NCBI GenBank assembly: GCA_965206645.1
Contig: CBDBKE010000004.1
Coordinates: 352,001 to 416,000, forward strand
Length of the DNA: 64,000 nt
From: Terriglobia bacterium
GTDB lineage: Bacteria; Acidobacteriota; Terriglobia; JAJPHL01; JAPKYU01
Direction: 5' to 3'
Position 1 is the first letter of the stretch, and every line of letters begins with the position of its first letter. The translations under genes and the position numbers were made by a program. This document shows positions 29,394 to 39,618 of the stretch, piece after piece. The notes below the pieces were generated by a model. That model searched no databases, was not told where the DNA came from, and saw only the letters and a list, made by a program, of their open reading frames with translations.

Positions 29394-29588
29394 GTCGGTT
29401 CTCGATTATACCCATTCGAGCAGGGCGCTGTACACGGGCCGAGGCGGCAAGCTCCCATACCTGCCAGGCATCGTTGCCTTAGGCTTCGTTGCCAAAGATA
29501 TACGACGAATAAATGTTTTCCTCGTGCAAGGGCCCACTGACTTTTTTCGAGCCGCGGTGGGAAACGGAAATGCGATCAATCTCGGCTT

Positions 29589-31277
29589 TTACTTGAATTT
29601 GGCTTTAGGCTGCATCTGGCCGGAGTGCAACCGTCCGACGTAGTCGTGGTAGTTGGCCATCGTCTGACGGCTGAAAATCAGGATGATCGGAATGTTGGCG
29701 AAGAGCATGACTCCGGTTCCCAGTGCGGTCACCGCATCCAGCTCCGCGTCGGTCGTGATGAACCCGGAAGTAGCCACGAGAATGAGCAGGCAGTAGACGA
29801 CTTTGTAAGGCCGAACCCACTTTGCGCCCAGCAAGAAAACGATGCCCTGCTCTCCATAATAGCTCCACGAGATCATTGTGGAGATCGCGAAGAGCCACGA
29901 AGCGAGTGTCACGAGCCATCGGCCGAGACCCGGCCGCACGCGATCAAAGGCATGGCTCGTCAGACTGGCTCCGGCGTAAACGATGTAGACGCCGCCCGTG
30001 TGGATGGTAGGGGCCCGGTTGCCGGTGTAGGTGTTCCAGGCAACGCTGTACTCTCCGTTGGATTCCTGTACCACTCCGAGGAGCTCGACCAGCGAGGCTC
30101 CGGTCTGTTCATTTACGACGCCGGTGTCGAAGACCGTAAAAACGTCCTGTCCCGCCTGCCAGAGTGGGTTCGGCGGCAGTCGTCCCGACTCAAGAGTCCA
30201 CTGACCGGGCTCTGCCTCAACAACCACTGGAGTGTCCAACATTGCATCGGGTGGCCGGTTCCAGGCTCCGCTGGACAGGATGACGAGCGCGGTGAGCGTG
30301 CAGACGATAATTGTATCGATGAACGGTTCCAAGCCGGCAACGATTCCCTCACGCACGGGTTCGCCGGTTCGCACCGCGGAATGCGCGATAGGCGCGGAGC
30401 CCTGCCCTGCCTCGTTCGAGAATAAGGCTCGCTTCATACCCCAAAGAAAGGCATAGCCCAATGTGCCTCCGAGGAATGCCCCTTGGGCTTCGACGGGGTT
30501 GAAGGCTGATGTGAAGATCAACCGAATCAGATCGGGGATGCTCGCAAAGTTAACGATCAGAACGTAAGCGCTCGCCACCAGATAAAGTCCACACATGAAC
30601 GGTACGAGTCTAGCGGCGACCGTGCCGATCCGCTTGATCCCGCCGATGATCACGAGCGCCGTGATAACGGCCAGAACGCCGCCCGTGAGCCGCTCGGGAA
30701 CGCCAAAATTCAGTTCCGTGACGTTGCCCGCGTTCCAGGCCTGGAACATGTTGCCGCCCGTGACGGCCGAAATGAGTAACGTGACACAGAAGACATATCC
30801 AATCCCGCGCCCGAGGCCCGCAAGCGCAGGGTGCAACGCTGCCAGTCCACGGCTGGCGACATACATCGGTCCACCGTGCGGGTTGTCTGGGTCGGTCGTG
30901 TTCCGGTAGAGCATGGACTGGGTGACTTCGGTCATCTTGATCGCCATCCCGACGATGCCCACGACCCACATCCAGAATATGGCTCCGGGGCCACCCAGGG
31001 AGATCGCCACAGCGACCCCGGCGATGTTACCGAGGCCGACCGTTGCGGAAAGGGCTGCAGAAAGAGCTTGGAAGTGGCTGATTGCGCCCGGCTCATTCTT
31101 ATCGTCGAAATCGCCGCGGATGACGGCCACACCGTGTGTGAGCGCAACGAAGGGCCCGAACTTGGTCCAAACTAGTAGGAGAGTGCCGACGCCGAGGATG
31201 ACGTAGAGGACTACGTCGTGCCAAAGGATGCTGTTGACCGGTGAGAGTATGGCGTCGAACGTGTCGAACGTCTGCAT
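29589..31277 (-). CDS. Alanine/glycine:cation symporter (AGCS) family
   Basis: ATVGLGNIAGVA, GGPGAIFWMW, GGPMY, FSNEAGQGSAPIAH, EPFIDT, SWSYYGE. Confidence 0.93.
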   Translation of the reverse strand: MQTFDTFDAILSPVNSILWHDVVLYVILGVGTLLLVWTKFGPFVALTHGVAVIRGDFDDKNEPGAISHFQALSAALSATVGLGNIAGVAVAISLGGPGAIFWMWVVGIVGMAIKMTEVTQSMLYRNTTDPDNPHGGPMYVASRGLAALHPALAGLGRGIGYVFCVTLLISAVTGGNMFQAWNAGNVTELNFGVPERLTGGVLAVITALVIIGGIKRIGTVAARLVPFMCGLYLVASAYVLIVNFASIPDLIRLIFTSAFNPVEAQGAFLGGTLGYAFLWGMKRALFSNEAGQGSAPIAHSAVRTGEPVREGIVAGLEPFIDTIIVCTLTALVILSSGAWNRPPDAMLDTPVVVEAEPGQWTLESGRLPPNPLWQAGQDVFTVFDTGVVNEQTGASLVELLGVVQESNGEYSVAWNTYTGNRAPTIHTGGVYIVYAGASLTSHAFDRVRPGLGRWLVTLASWLFAISTMISWSYYGEQGIVFLLGAKWVRPYKVVYCLLILVATSGFITTDAELDAVTALGTGVMLFANIPIILIFSRQTMANYHDYVGRLHSGQMQPKAKFK

Positions 31278-31459
31278 TCGGGTATCCCCAATTAAAACAG
31301 ATTCGATCGTTTTCGGCTCAAAACAAAAGAAGTCCCCGTCCGGATCTTTCTCCGCTGCCTCACGCTAGCAGCCATCTTGACGGACCAGTCAGCGTGTCTA
31401 CATATTCGATTACATGTGGGAGGCCAACACTTGACGGCCGGCATGGCCCTCCTGGCCGC

Positions 31460-33430
31460 TCACATCACTTCGGGGATTTCAATGCCCAGCAGATCCAGGG
31501 TACGCTCGAGTTGGCTGCGGACGAAGCCGGCCAGCCACAACAGGAATAGCTTCTTTTGGGGGTCGGGTTCGCGGAGGATTGGGTGGCGATGGTAGAAGTT
31601 GTTGAAGCTTTGCGCCAGCAGGAAAGCGAACTTGGCGATCACCGCAGGCTCGCTGGCGCTCAGCGCCTGCTCGGCCACCGCGTCGGTCTGTGAAGCCAGC
31701 AGCGCCAGTTGCCAATATTCCTGGCCCGCCGGTGAACTCAAGGCCGCTACCAGCGTGTCGGCAGAGAGGTGCCTGAAGTCGGGCGGCTCCCCCAACTTGC
31801 GGAAGATGCTGGCGGCGCGCACCGCTGCGTACTGCACGTAGGGTCCGGTTTCCCCCTCGAAGCTGAGTGCTTCGGCGAAGTCGAAGGCAATGACCGATGC
31901 CCGCGTGTACTTCAGCAGGAAGTAGCGCAGCGCGCCGATGGCGATCTGCCGCGCCACCTGCTGTTGGAAGTCAGCCGGCGCCTCGGGATGGCGCGAGCGC
32001 ACTTCCGCCAGCGCCTGCTGCTCAAGCCGGTCTACGAGGTCGTCGGCCTTGACGCCTAGCCCCCTTCGGCCGGAGACCTCGACGTAAGGCCGCTTCTGCT
32101 CTTCCGGCGATAGCTCAACGTCCAGCTCGCGGCAGCAGCGCGGTGACAAAGCGACCATCTCGTAGGCGAAGTGCACCGACCTGTCGGCGTGCTCGGTAAA
32201 GCCCAGCGCCTTCAAGCCCTGTACCACGATGTTTTGCAGGTAGGACTGCCGCACGTCAATTACGTTGTAGACCACCTCAGCACGGCCGAACGGCGGAACC
32301 CCATCCTGTGGCGGTGTGGCCGTGGTGACCCAGACCTGATGCCCGTCGGGATAGCGGTGGAGAGGCCGGTAATGAAAGTCGCGGTCCAGAAGGCCAAACT
32401 TCCAGAGCTGATAGGCAATGTCCTTGCCGACGTAGGTCACCGTACCATTGGAGCGCATGATCACCTTGGCGTCGGCCGGGGAGCGCTCTGCGGCATCGGG
32501 GTCTTCCACGGCGGCGCCGGTCGAGTCCACCGGCATGACCCAGCAGCCCCGGTTGCGGCCCTCGGTTTCGAGATGAATGGCGCCACGCTCTTTCAGCAGA
32601 GCGAAGGCCTGGTCCCAAAATTTCAGCCGCAGGATTTCGCTCTCGCGAGGCAGCAGGTCATACTGAACATTCAGCCGGGACATCGTGGCTAGGTGAGCGT
32701 GCACGATGTTCTCTGCGATGATGTCAGCCAGCTCTGCTGCCTCACCCTGCCCGTGTTCAATTTCCCGCAACGCCTGGCTGCGCAGCTCCAACCGCGCCGG
32801 GTCCTCGTCATAGAGGCGAGAAACGCGCGCGTACAGGTCCCAGCAGTAATAGTCGAATCGCACCGCGGGATCGGCGAGCAGTTTCGTCAGGTCAGCGGTT
32901 GTCTTCCGCTCCAGGTGCCGGAATCCGACGACCACGTCGGCGACCTGGACGCCCGTGTTGTCAATGTAGTTCTGCACTTCGACCGGGCGGCCGCGGCCGC
33001 GCAGAGTCCGCACCAGCGTGTCGCCCAGCGCGGCGTTGCGCAGGTGGCCGATGTGCGCGGCCTTGTTGGGGTTGATGTTGGTGTGCTCGACGACGATCTT
33101 CGCCTCGCCTGCCGCCGGCTCGTCCCGCTCGCCGCGCACCAGCCCTGCCAGATACGCCGACCGGTCGAAGAACACGTTGATGTAGCCGCCTCCGGCCGGT
33201 TCCAATCGCTCCACACCTTCGATCGCCGGCATCGCTTTCACCACCTCCTGGGCGATTTGCCGCGGCGGGCGCTTCAGCGTCTTGGCCAGCTCGAAGCAGA
33301 AGGGGAACGCCAGTTCACCGAATTCCGGCCGGCGTGGCTGTTCGACCAGCAGGGGCAGCGACACCTGGTAGCGGGCGCGAAGAAATTCCTGGAAGGCGCT
33401 CCGAATCCGTGTTTGCAGGCGCAAGTACAT
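31460..33430 (-). CDS. argS: Arginine--tRNA ligase
   Basis: EHTNINPNKAAHIGHLRN, SGRRG, FEGETGPYVQYA, DALR domain; ATG at 33430. Confidence 0.95.
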   Translation of the reverse strand: MYLRLQTRIRSAFQEFLRARYQVSLPLLVEQPRRPEFGELAFPFCFELAKTLKRPPRQIAQEVVKAMPAIEGVERLEPAGGGYINVFFDRSAYLAGLVRGERDEPAAGEAKIVVEHTNINPNKAAHIGHLRNAALGDTLVRTLRGRGRPVEVQNYIDNTGVQVADVVVGFRHLERKTTADLTKLLADPAVRFDYYCWDLYARVSRLYDEDPARLELRSQALREIEHGQGEAAELADIIAENIVHAHLATMSRLNVQYDLLPRESEILRLKFWDQAFALLKERGAIHLETEGRNRGCWVMPVDSTGAAVEDPDAAERSPADAKVIMRSNGTVTYVGKDIAYQLWKFGLLDRDFHYRPLHRYPDGHQVWVTTATPPQDGVPPFGRAEVVYNVIDVRQSYLQNIVVQGLKALGFTEHADRSVHFAYEMVALSPRCCRELDVELSPEEQKRPYVEVSGRRGLGVKADDLVDRLEQQALAEVRSRHPEAPADFQQQVARQIAIGALRYFLLKYTRASVIAFDFAEALSFEGETGPYVQYAAVRAASIFRKLGEPPDFRHLSADTLVAALSSPAGQEYWQLALLASQTDAVAEQALSASEPAVIAKFAFLLAQSFNNFYHRHPILREPDPQKKLFLLWLAGFVRSQLERTLDLLGIEIPEVM

Positions 33431-33575
33431 TGCTGTTGTCAGTTTCCCCTGGATCGTCCAGAATGATAGGTTTAAGCAAGGGGTGTCAACCGCCAAGTGA
33501 GTTGCCTGTCCTCTACTGCCCCGAAATGGCGGTGACAATTTCGCTACGAGCCAGGTTGCCACAAGGCATCGTCCT

Positions 33576-34784
33576 ATGAGAATTGCCTATCTTGAGTGCT
33601 TCTCAGGAATCAGCGGCGACATGCTGCTGGGCGCGCTGGCAGATGCGGGTGCGCCTGCCTCGGCGCTGGCCGCGGTACCGGAAAAACTGGGGTTGTCAGG
33701 AGCTTCGGTGCGGCTGGAGAAAACCAAACGATCGCACATTAGCGCCATCCAGGCGCACGTCGAAGAAGGAGAGAAATCGGGACATCCACACCGGTCGCTG
33801 TCCGCCATCGAGAAGATGATCGCGGGCTCCTCGCTTTCTGAGCACACCCGGCAAACCGCAATCGCCGTCTTCCGCCGCCTGGGCGCGGCCGAAGCGCGCG
33901 TCCACAACGTTCCGATTGAGAAAGTTCACTTTCATGAAGTGGGCGCCGTGGATTCGTTGGTGGACATTGTGGGCGCCTGCGCGGGCTTCGAGCTGCTGGG
34001 CATTGAGAAGCTGTACTGCTCGCCGCTGAACGTGGGCAGCGGTACGGTACGCACCGAACACGGCGTTCTGCCGGTGCCGGCTCCAGCCACCGTGGAGCTG
34101 CTGAAAGCAGTCGCTGCGCCGGTGTACTCGTCGGGCCCGGCGGCCGAGCTGGTCACGCCCACCGGCGCTGCCGTGGTGGCGACGCTGGCCGCCGGTTTTG
34201 GCGCGATGCCTCCGATGAAAGTGGTGGCGGCTGGTTACGGCGCCGGCTCTCGTGATTTCCCCGAGCAGCCAAACACGCTCCGGATTCTGATTGGGGAACT
34301 CGCCAGCACCTCGACAGAAGCAGCCGCCCCGGCTCCGACCGTCTGCGTGGTTGAGGCCAACATCGATGACATGAATCCACAGATCGCCGGGCACCTGACC
34401 GAGCAGGCGCTGGCCGCCGGCGCGCTCGATATCTACTTCACCCCGGTGCAGATGAAGAAGAACCGGGCGGGGATGGTGGTCTCGCTGGTGGTCGAGACGG
34501 CAGACCGCGACCGGCTGGCGCGCCTGCTGTTCCGGGAGAGCACCACCATCGGCGTGCGCATCTACACGACCGAGCGCCGCACCCTGGACCGCACCCACGT
34601 TACGGTGGACACCGCCTACGGGCCGCTTCGGGTCAAAGTCTCCCAGCTGGAGGGCGAAATCCTGAACTTCGCTCCGGAATTCGATGACTGTCAGCGCGCC
34701 GCCCGCCAGAGCGGCGTCCCGCTGAAACGGGTGCTGGCCGAGGCCAACTTCCGCTACCTTGAGAAGCACGGAAAAACGGACTGA
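33576..34784 (+). CDS. larC: Nickel pincer cofactor biosynthesis protein LarC
   Basis: SGISGDMLLGAL, VHFHEVGAVDS, PVPAPAT, ELVTPTGAA, MKKNRAG, PEFDDC. Confidence 0.93.
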   Translation: MRIAYLECFSGISGDMLLGALADAGAPASALAAVPEKLGLSGASVRLEKTKRSHISAIQAHVEEGEKSGHPHRSLSAIEKMIAGSSLSEHTRQTAIAVFRRLGAAEARVHNVPIEKVHFHEVGAVDSLVDIVGACAGFELLGIEKLYCSPLNVGSGTVRTEHGVLPVPAPATVELLKAVAAPVYSSGPAAELVTPTGAAVVATLAAGFGAMPPMKVVAAGYGAGSRDFPEQPNTLRILIGELASTSTEAAAPAPTVCVVEANIDDMNPQIAGHLTEQALAAGALDIYFTPVQMKKNRAGMVVSLVVETADRDRLARLLFRESTTIGVRIYTTERRTLDRTHVTVDTAYGPLRVKVSQLEGEILNFAPEFDDCQRAARQSGVPLKRVLAEANFRYLEKHGKTD

Positions 34785-34789
34785 GCGGC

Positions 34790-36799
34790 ATGGGCAAGTA
34801 TTACCTGACGACTCCCATCTACTATGTCAACGCCCGGCCCCACCTGGGCCACACCTATTCCACGATCGTGGCGGACGTCGTCCGCCGTTTCCGGCGCATG
34901 CAGGGTCAGGAAGCTTTCCTGCTGACCGGCACCGATGAGCACGGCCAGAAAGTGGAGCGCTCCGCGCAGGCTGCCGGAATGAACCCCCAACAGTTCTCCG
35001 ACCGCATCTCAGAAACCTTCCGCTCGCTGTGGAAAGATCTGGGGCTCCAGTGTGACTTCTTCGTCCGCACCACTGAACCGGGCCACGCCCGTGCCGTGGC
35101 CCGGCTGTTTGAGGCGGCCCGGGATGCTGGCTACATTCATAAGGGCAGCTACACCGGCTCCTACTGTGTCTTTGACGAGCTCTACGTCAGCGAAGGGAAG
35201 GCAGGCGCGCCCTGTCCCGAGTGCGGCCGGCCCACCGAGCAAGTGACCGAGGAGAACTACTTCTTCCGGCTGTCGGCCTTTCAGGATCGGCTGCTCCAGC
35301 TCTACCAGGAGCAGCCGGAGTTCATCCGGCCGGAGTCGCGCCGCAACGAAGTCATCTCCTTCGTGCGGGGCGGGCTGCGCGACCTCTCCATCAGCCGCAC
35401 CACTCTGAAGTGGGGCATCCCGCTGCCCACCGGCGACAACCATGTGTTCTACGTCTGGTTCGACGCTCTGACTTCCTATATGAGCGGGATTGGCTACGGG
35501 CAGGGCAGGGAAGAGGAAGAACGCTGGAAACGTCTGTGGCCGGCCGACCTGCACCTGGTGGGGAAGGAAATCCTGCGCTTCCACGCCGTCTACTGGCCGG
35601 CCTTCCTGATGGCCGCCGGCCTGCCCCTGCCGCGCTCGATCTACGCCCACGGCTGGCTGCTGTTCGAGCGGGACAAGATGAGCAAGTCGCGCGGCAACAT
35701 CGTGCGCGCCCAGCCCATCCAACGGGTGGTGGGCGCCGACGGGCTGCGTTACTTCCTGCTGCGCGAGATCGTCTTTGGCCAGGACGGCTCGTTCAGCTTC
35801 GACGCCCTGGTGGACCGCTACAACAGCGACCTGGCCAACGACCTGGGAAACCTGGCGAAGCGTACCCTGGACATGATCGCCCGCTACTGCGGCGGTCGCA
35901 TCCCCCAGGTTTCAACCGCTGCCGGGCTCAGCGATGTTGACCTCAGGGTTGAGCACAAGGCGGGAGAATCCACGGAAGCGGCCGTGGCTGCCTTCAACGC
36001 CCTGGAGTTCTCGCGCGGCCTGGAGGCTATCTGGGCGTTGATCTCAGCGGTCAACAAGTACCTGGTGGAGACGGCGCCCTGGGCGCTGGCCGAAAAGGCA
36101 GACCAGCAGGCGCGGCTGGCCACGGTGTTATACACGGCGGCCGAAGCGCTGCGCATCGCGTCGGTGCTGATCGCCCCGGTCACCCCTGTCGCTGCTGCGC
36201 GTATCTTCCGGCAACTGGGCCAGCAGGAGGAAGTGGGCGAACAACTGCTCGCCAACCTGAAGTGGGGTCAGTTGCCGGCCGGCCAGCAAATTAACAAGGT
36301 GGAGGCGGTCTTTCCTCGGCTGGACCGAAAGGCCGCAGTCACAGAATTGCGCCACCTGGAGGAGGCGCTACAAAAGGAGGAGGCCTTGGTTCCAGAAAAA
36401 CCAGCACCGGGCGTGCAGGATGAAGCAGCCCAGTCGGCGGCTCCGTCGGCCGCCGCGCCGGCCAGCAACCCGCGCATCAGCCTGGAGGATTTCGTGAAAG
36501 TGGACATGCGCGTCGGTACGGTGCGCACCGCCGAACGAGTGAAGGGAACTCAGAAGCTGCTGAAGATAACCGTGGACATCGGCACCGAGGTGCGCCAGGT
36601 CGTCGCCGGTATCGCCGAGGAGTATCCGCCAGAATCCCTGCTGGACCGCAAGGTCGTTATCGTCGCCAACCTAGCTCCCCGGAAGCTGCGCGGCATTGAA
36701 TCCAACGGCATGGTACTGGCAGCGGTGGTTGGTGAAGCGGGAACTCCCGCACTGGTCAGCGTGCCGGACGATGTCCCGAATGGTTCCCGGCTACGCTAG
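34790..36799 (+). CDS. metG: Methionine--tRNA ligase with C-terminal tRNA-binding domain
   Basis: TTPIYYVN.RPHLGH, GTDEHG, YVWFDAL, KMSKS, NLAPRKLRGIESNGM. Confidence 0.97.
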   Translation: MGKYYLTTPIYYVNARPHLGHTYSTIVADVVRRFRRMQGQEAFLLTGTDEHGQKVERSAQAAGMNPQQFSDRISETFRSLWKDLGLQCDFFVRTTEPGHARAVARLFEAARDAGYIHKGSYTGSYCVFDELYVSEGKAGAPCPECGRPTEQVTEENYFFRLSAFQDRLLQLYQEQPEFIRPESRRNEVISFVRGGLRDLSISRTTLKWGIPLPTGDNHVFYVWFDALTSYMSGIGYGQGREEEERWKRLWPADLHLVGKEILRFHAVYWPAFLMAAGLPLPRSIYAHGWLLFERDKMSKSRGNIVRAQPIQRVVGADGLRYFLLREIVFGQDGSFSFDALVDRYNSDLANDLGNLAKRTLDMIARYCGGRIPQVSTAAGLSDVDLRVEHKAGESTEAAVAAFNALEFSRGLEAIWALISAVNKYLVETAPWALAEKADQQARLATVLYTAAEALRIASVLIAPVTPVAAARIFRQLGQQEEVGEQLLANLKWGQLPAGQQINKVEAVFPRLDRKAAVTELRHLEEALQKEEALVPEKPAPGVQDEAAQSAAPSAAAPASNPRISLEDFVKVDMRVGTVRTAERVKGTQKLLKITVDIGTEVRQVVAGIAEEYPPESLLDRKVVIVANLAPRKLRGIESNGMVLAAVVGEAGTPALVSVPDDVPNGSRLR

Positions 36800-36806
36800 C
36801 GGCTCG

Positions 36807-36868
36807 GTAGCGGCAGGCTTCAGCCTGCCATCGCCTCGGCGCCGTGGCGGCCTGAAGGCCGCCGCTAC
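36807..36868. repeat. REPIN-like pair of inverted GTAG REPs
   Basis: GTAGCGGCAGGCTTCAGCCTGCC...GGCGGCCTGAAGGCCGCCGCTAC. Confidence 0.75.
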
Positions 36869-36879
36869 GTGGGTTCGTT

Positions 36880-37665
36880 ATGTTAGTTGATTCTCACTGC
36901 CACCTGGACTTCCCCCAGTTTGATGCGGACCGCGAGGCCGTGTTGCAGCGCGCTGAGCAGGCCGGCCTCCGCGCGCTGGTGGCGGTTGGGGTAGGGAAGG
37001 GGCCACCGGAACTGGATGCTGGGCTGCGCATGGCCGCACTGCGTCCCTGGATCTACCCGACCATCGGCATTCACCCGCATGAGGCCAAGCAAGCCGACGA
37101 GGCGGCCTTTGCCAGCCTGGAGCGCCTGGCGGCCGAGCCCCAGGTCGTGGCCGTAGGAGAGATTGGGCTGGATTACCACTATGACCATTCGCCGCGCCCG
37201 CTGCAGCAAGAGGTCTTTGTGCGCCAGATGGAGCTGGCCCGGCGGGCCGCAAAACCAATCATCATCCACTGCCGCGAGGCCTGGTCGGACTGCCTCGCTC
37301 TGCTGCGTATCCACTGGCGCCCCCACGGCCTGCCTGGCATCTTTCATTGCTTCAGCGGGGACCCGGCCATAGCCCGCGAGGGTTTGGAAATGGGCTTCTA
37401 CATTTCCTTCGCTGGTAACTTGACTTTTCCAAAGGCGGGAGAGCTGCGCGAGGTGGCGCAGCAGATTCCAAAGGACCGCCTGCTGGTGGAAACCGACGCC
37501 CCTTACCTGGCCCCTGTCCCCCACCGTGGACGGCGGAATGAGCCGGCGTTTGTGGCTGCGGTGGCTAATCAAGTAGCGGTCCTCCACGGGGTTGCCCCGG
37601 AGGAGATGGCCGAGCAGACGACTCGTAATTTTTTTCGATTGCTGATGCCCGATGCTTGCTCCTAA
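36880..37665 (+). CDS. tatD: TatD-family hydrolase
   Basis: DSHCHLD, GIHPH, GEIGLDY, HCFSG, ETDAPYLAP. Confidence 0.93.
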   Translation: MLVDSHCHLDFPQFDADREAVLQRAEQAGLRALVAVGVGKGPPELDAGLRMAALRPWIYPTIGIHPHEAKQADEAAFASLERLAAEPQVVAVGEIGLDYHYDHSPRPLQQEVFVRQMELARRAAKPIIIHCREAWSDCLALLRIHWRPHGLPGIFHCFSGDPAIAREGLEMGFYISFAGNLTFPKAGELREVAQQIPKDRLLVETDAPYLAPVPHRGRRNEPAFVAAVANQVAVLHGVAPEEMAEQTTRNFFRLLMPDACS

Positions 37666-37678
37666 ACTGTTTCCGAAG

Positions 37679-38668
37679 ATGCCCAAAAGCTCGCTCATCA
37701 CCCGAGAGGAGATATTCGAGCTGGTCCGGGAAGACCTGGAGCAGGTCGAACGCGCCTTCGGCACCGATACGGTCTGTTCGGTGGAAGCGGTGACCGCCAT
37801 CGGGCACTACCTCCAGTTGAGCGGAGGCAAACGCCTGCGCCCTGCGCTGGTGCTACTGGCCGCGCGGGTGTGTGGCCACTCCGGCGCGGCGGCCGTTCAG
37901 TTGGGCGCGGTGGTGGAGATTATCCACACGGCGACGTTGGTGCACGACGACGTCATTGACGGAGCCGACCGTCGCCGCGGGCGCCCCTCGACCAACTTCC
38001 GCTGGGGTAACCATATCAGCGTGCTGGCCGGCGACTGGCTCTACATGCAGTCGTTCCAGATTGCGTTGCGGGAGCGCAACTTTCGCATCCTGGATCTGCT
38101 GATCTACATCACCCAAATGATGGTGGAGGGTGAGCTGCTGCAGCTAGAAAAGCTGGGCCAGATCAATGTCACCGAGCAGGACTATCTGGACTTGATCCGG
38201 CGCAAGACAGCATGCCTGTTTGATATCTCCATGCGGCTAGGTGCAGTGCTCAGCGCGAAGGAGAACGCCGAAGAGGAGCTGGGCGAGTATGGCCGCAACC
38301 TGGGGACAGCGTTCCAGTTGGTGGACGATCTGCTGGACTTCACCGCCAGCGAAAGCGCGCTCGGCAAGCCGGTGGGCAGCGATCTGAAGGAAGGCAAGGT
38401 GACCTTGCCGCTAATCTATGCGTTGCGCCGATGCACTCCCGAAGAGCGCCGCCGCGTCGAGACGGTGTTGGAGGAACGCGCCTTCCGCAGCGTGACGCAG
38501 CAGGAAATCCTAGACATCCTGGCGCGCTACCATACGCCGGCCGAAGTGATGGCGAAGGCCGCCGAGTACGCCCGACGGGCCGTGTCCCACTTGAAAGGCT
38601 TCGCCGACTCGCCCTACCTGCGGGCCCTGGAAGCCCTGCCGGAGTACATCCTGCACCGCGAGCACTGA
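37679..38668 (+). CDS. Polyprenyl diphosphate synthase
   Basis: GGKRLRP, LVHDDVID....RRG, FQLVDDLLD, GKPVGSDL.EGK. Confidence 0.93.
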   Translation: MPKSSLITREEIFELVREDLEQVERAFGTDTVCSVEAVTAIGHYLQLSGGKRLRPALVLLAARVCGHSGAAAVQLGAVVEIIHTATLVHDDVIDGADRRRGRPSTNFRWGNHISVLAGDWLYMQSFQIALRERNFRILDLLIYITQMMVEGELLQLEKLGQINVTEQDYLDLIRRKTACLFDISMRLGAVLSAKENAEEELGEYGRNLGTAFQLVDDLLDFTASESALGKPVGSDLKEGKVTLPLIYALRRCTPEERRRVETVLEERAFRSVTQQEILDILARYHTPAEVMAKAAEYARRAVSHLKGFADSPYLRALEALPEYILHREH

Positions 38669-38693
38669 GAGCGTGCAGGGGCCCGCAGCCACG

Positions 38694-39503
38694 ATGACCT
38701 CAACCAGCCCCGGCCGTCGAGTGGCTCTGTTGACCGCGGTGCTGGGAGCCATGCTCTTGCTGCCCGGCCTCCACGCGCACCACGAGGCCATCTTCGGACC
38801 GCAATCCTCCGTGTTGATCTCAAGGAAGCGGTTTGTCTCCACCCAGTACGACCTGGTCAATGAGGGGCGAACTCCCGACACTAAGGGCCGCAGCCACATC
38901 GGCGTCCTAAGTGTGGGCACCTCCGTTGGCAAACGATGGTCTGTGATGGCAACGGTTCCCTTTGAAGCTGAACGGGCGTTTGACGAACAGGCTACCGGCA
39001 TCCAGGATGCGGTATTGGCACTACGCTATTCGGCCGATTTGAGGAACCACGAGTCGTTGATGGGAGTTTTGACGGTCGAACCTCCAACGGGCACGTTAGA
39101 ACATCGCGCGGTCGGACTCGGGGGTGGGCTCATTTATGGGCACGAATGGGGGCACTGGTCCCTGCTCACATATGGCCTGGGTCGCACGGAGTCTTCGCTC
39201 GAAGAAGGGGAGAAGCGGGGAAACCGACTGTTCCTCGGCGGAGGCTTGGGGTACGAGACACATGACTTGCCGTTTAGCCCCCAACTCGGAATCTCATGGG
39301 AGCGGACGGGGCGGCGGCGCGAAGAGGGGGAGCTTATCCCCGAGTCGAACTCCTCGGCCCTGATGATTCACCCGACGCTAACCAAGGCCGTTAGCGAGTC
39401 GCTACAGACTTTCCTCGTCGTGTCGTTGCCCCTCGTACAACGAAGCGGCACAGAGGGGTGGCAGAGGTTTCGGATAGCGGCCGGACTGATTTGGGCGTTT
39501 TGA
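38694..39503 (+). CDS. Putative outer-membrane beta-barrel protein
   Basis: Signal peptide ending LHA, amphipathic beta-strands, C-terminal ..AGLIWAF beta-signal. Confidence 0.65.
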   Translation: MTSTSPGRRVALLTAVLGAMLLLPGLHAHHEAIFGPQSSVLISRKRFVSTQYDLVNEGRTPDTKGRSHIGVLSVGTSVGKRWSVMATVPFEAERAFDEQATGIQDAVLALRYSADLRNHESLMGVLTVEPPTGTLEHRAVGLGGGLIYGHEWGHWSLLTYGLGRTESSLEEGEKRGNRLFLGGGLGYETHDLPFSPQLGISWERTGRRREEGELIPESNSSALMIHPTLTKAVSESLQTFLVVSLPLVQRSGTEGWQRFRIAAGLIWAF

Positions 39504-39618
39504 GACCGGCTGCGACCGCCTTTCCCAATACCGTAGCGCTCCCGTTTCACCGGTAACATCAAGCCAGCAGCTTGCATGCTACAATCGCGGCGCAAGAAAA
39601 TTTTACGGTGCATGCAAA

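Noticed and set aside
31278-31459. Possible glycine riboswitch upstream of the AGCS symporter
   Set aside because: The conserved aptamer motifs (GGAGA...CCGAAG...CTCTCAGG) are not evident.
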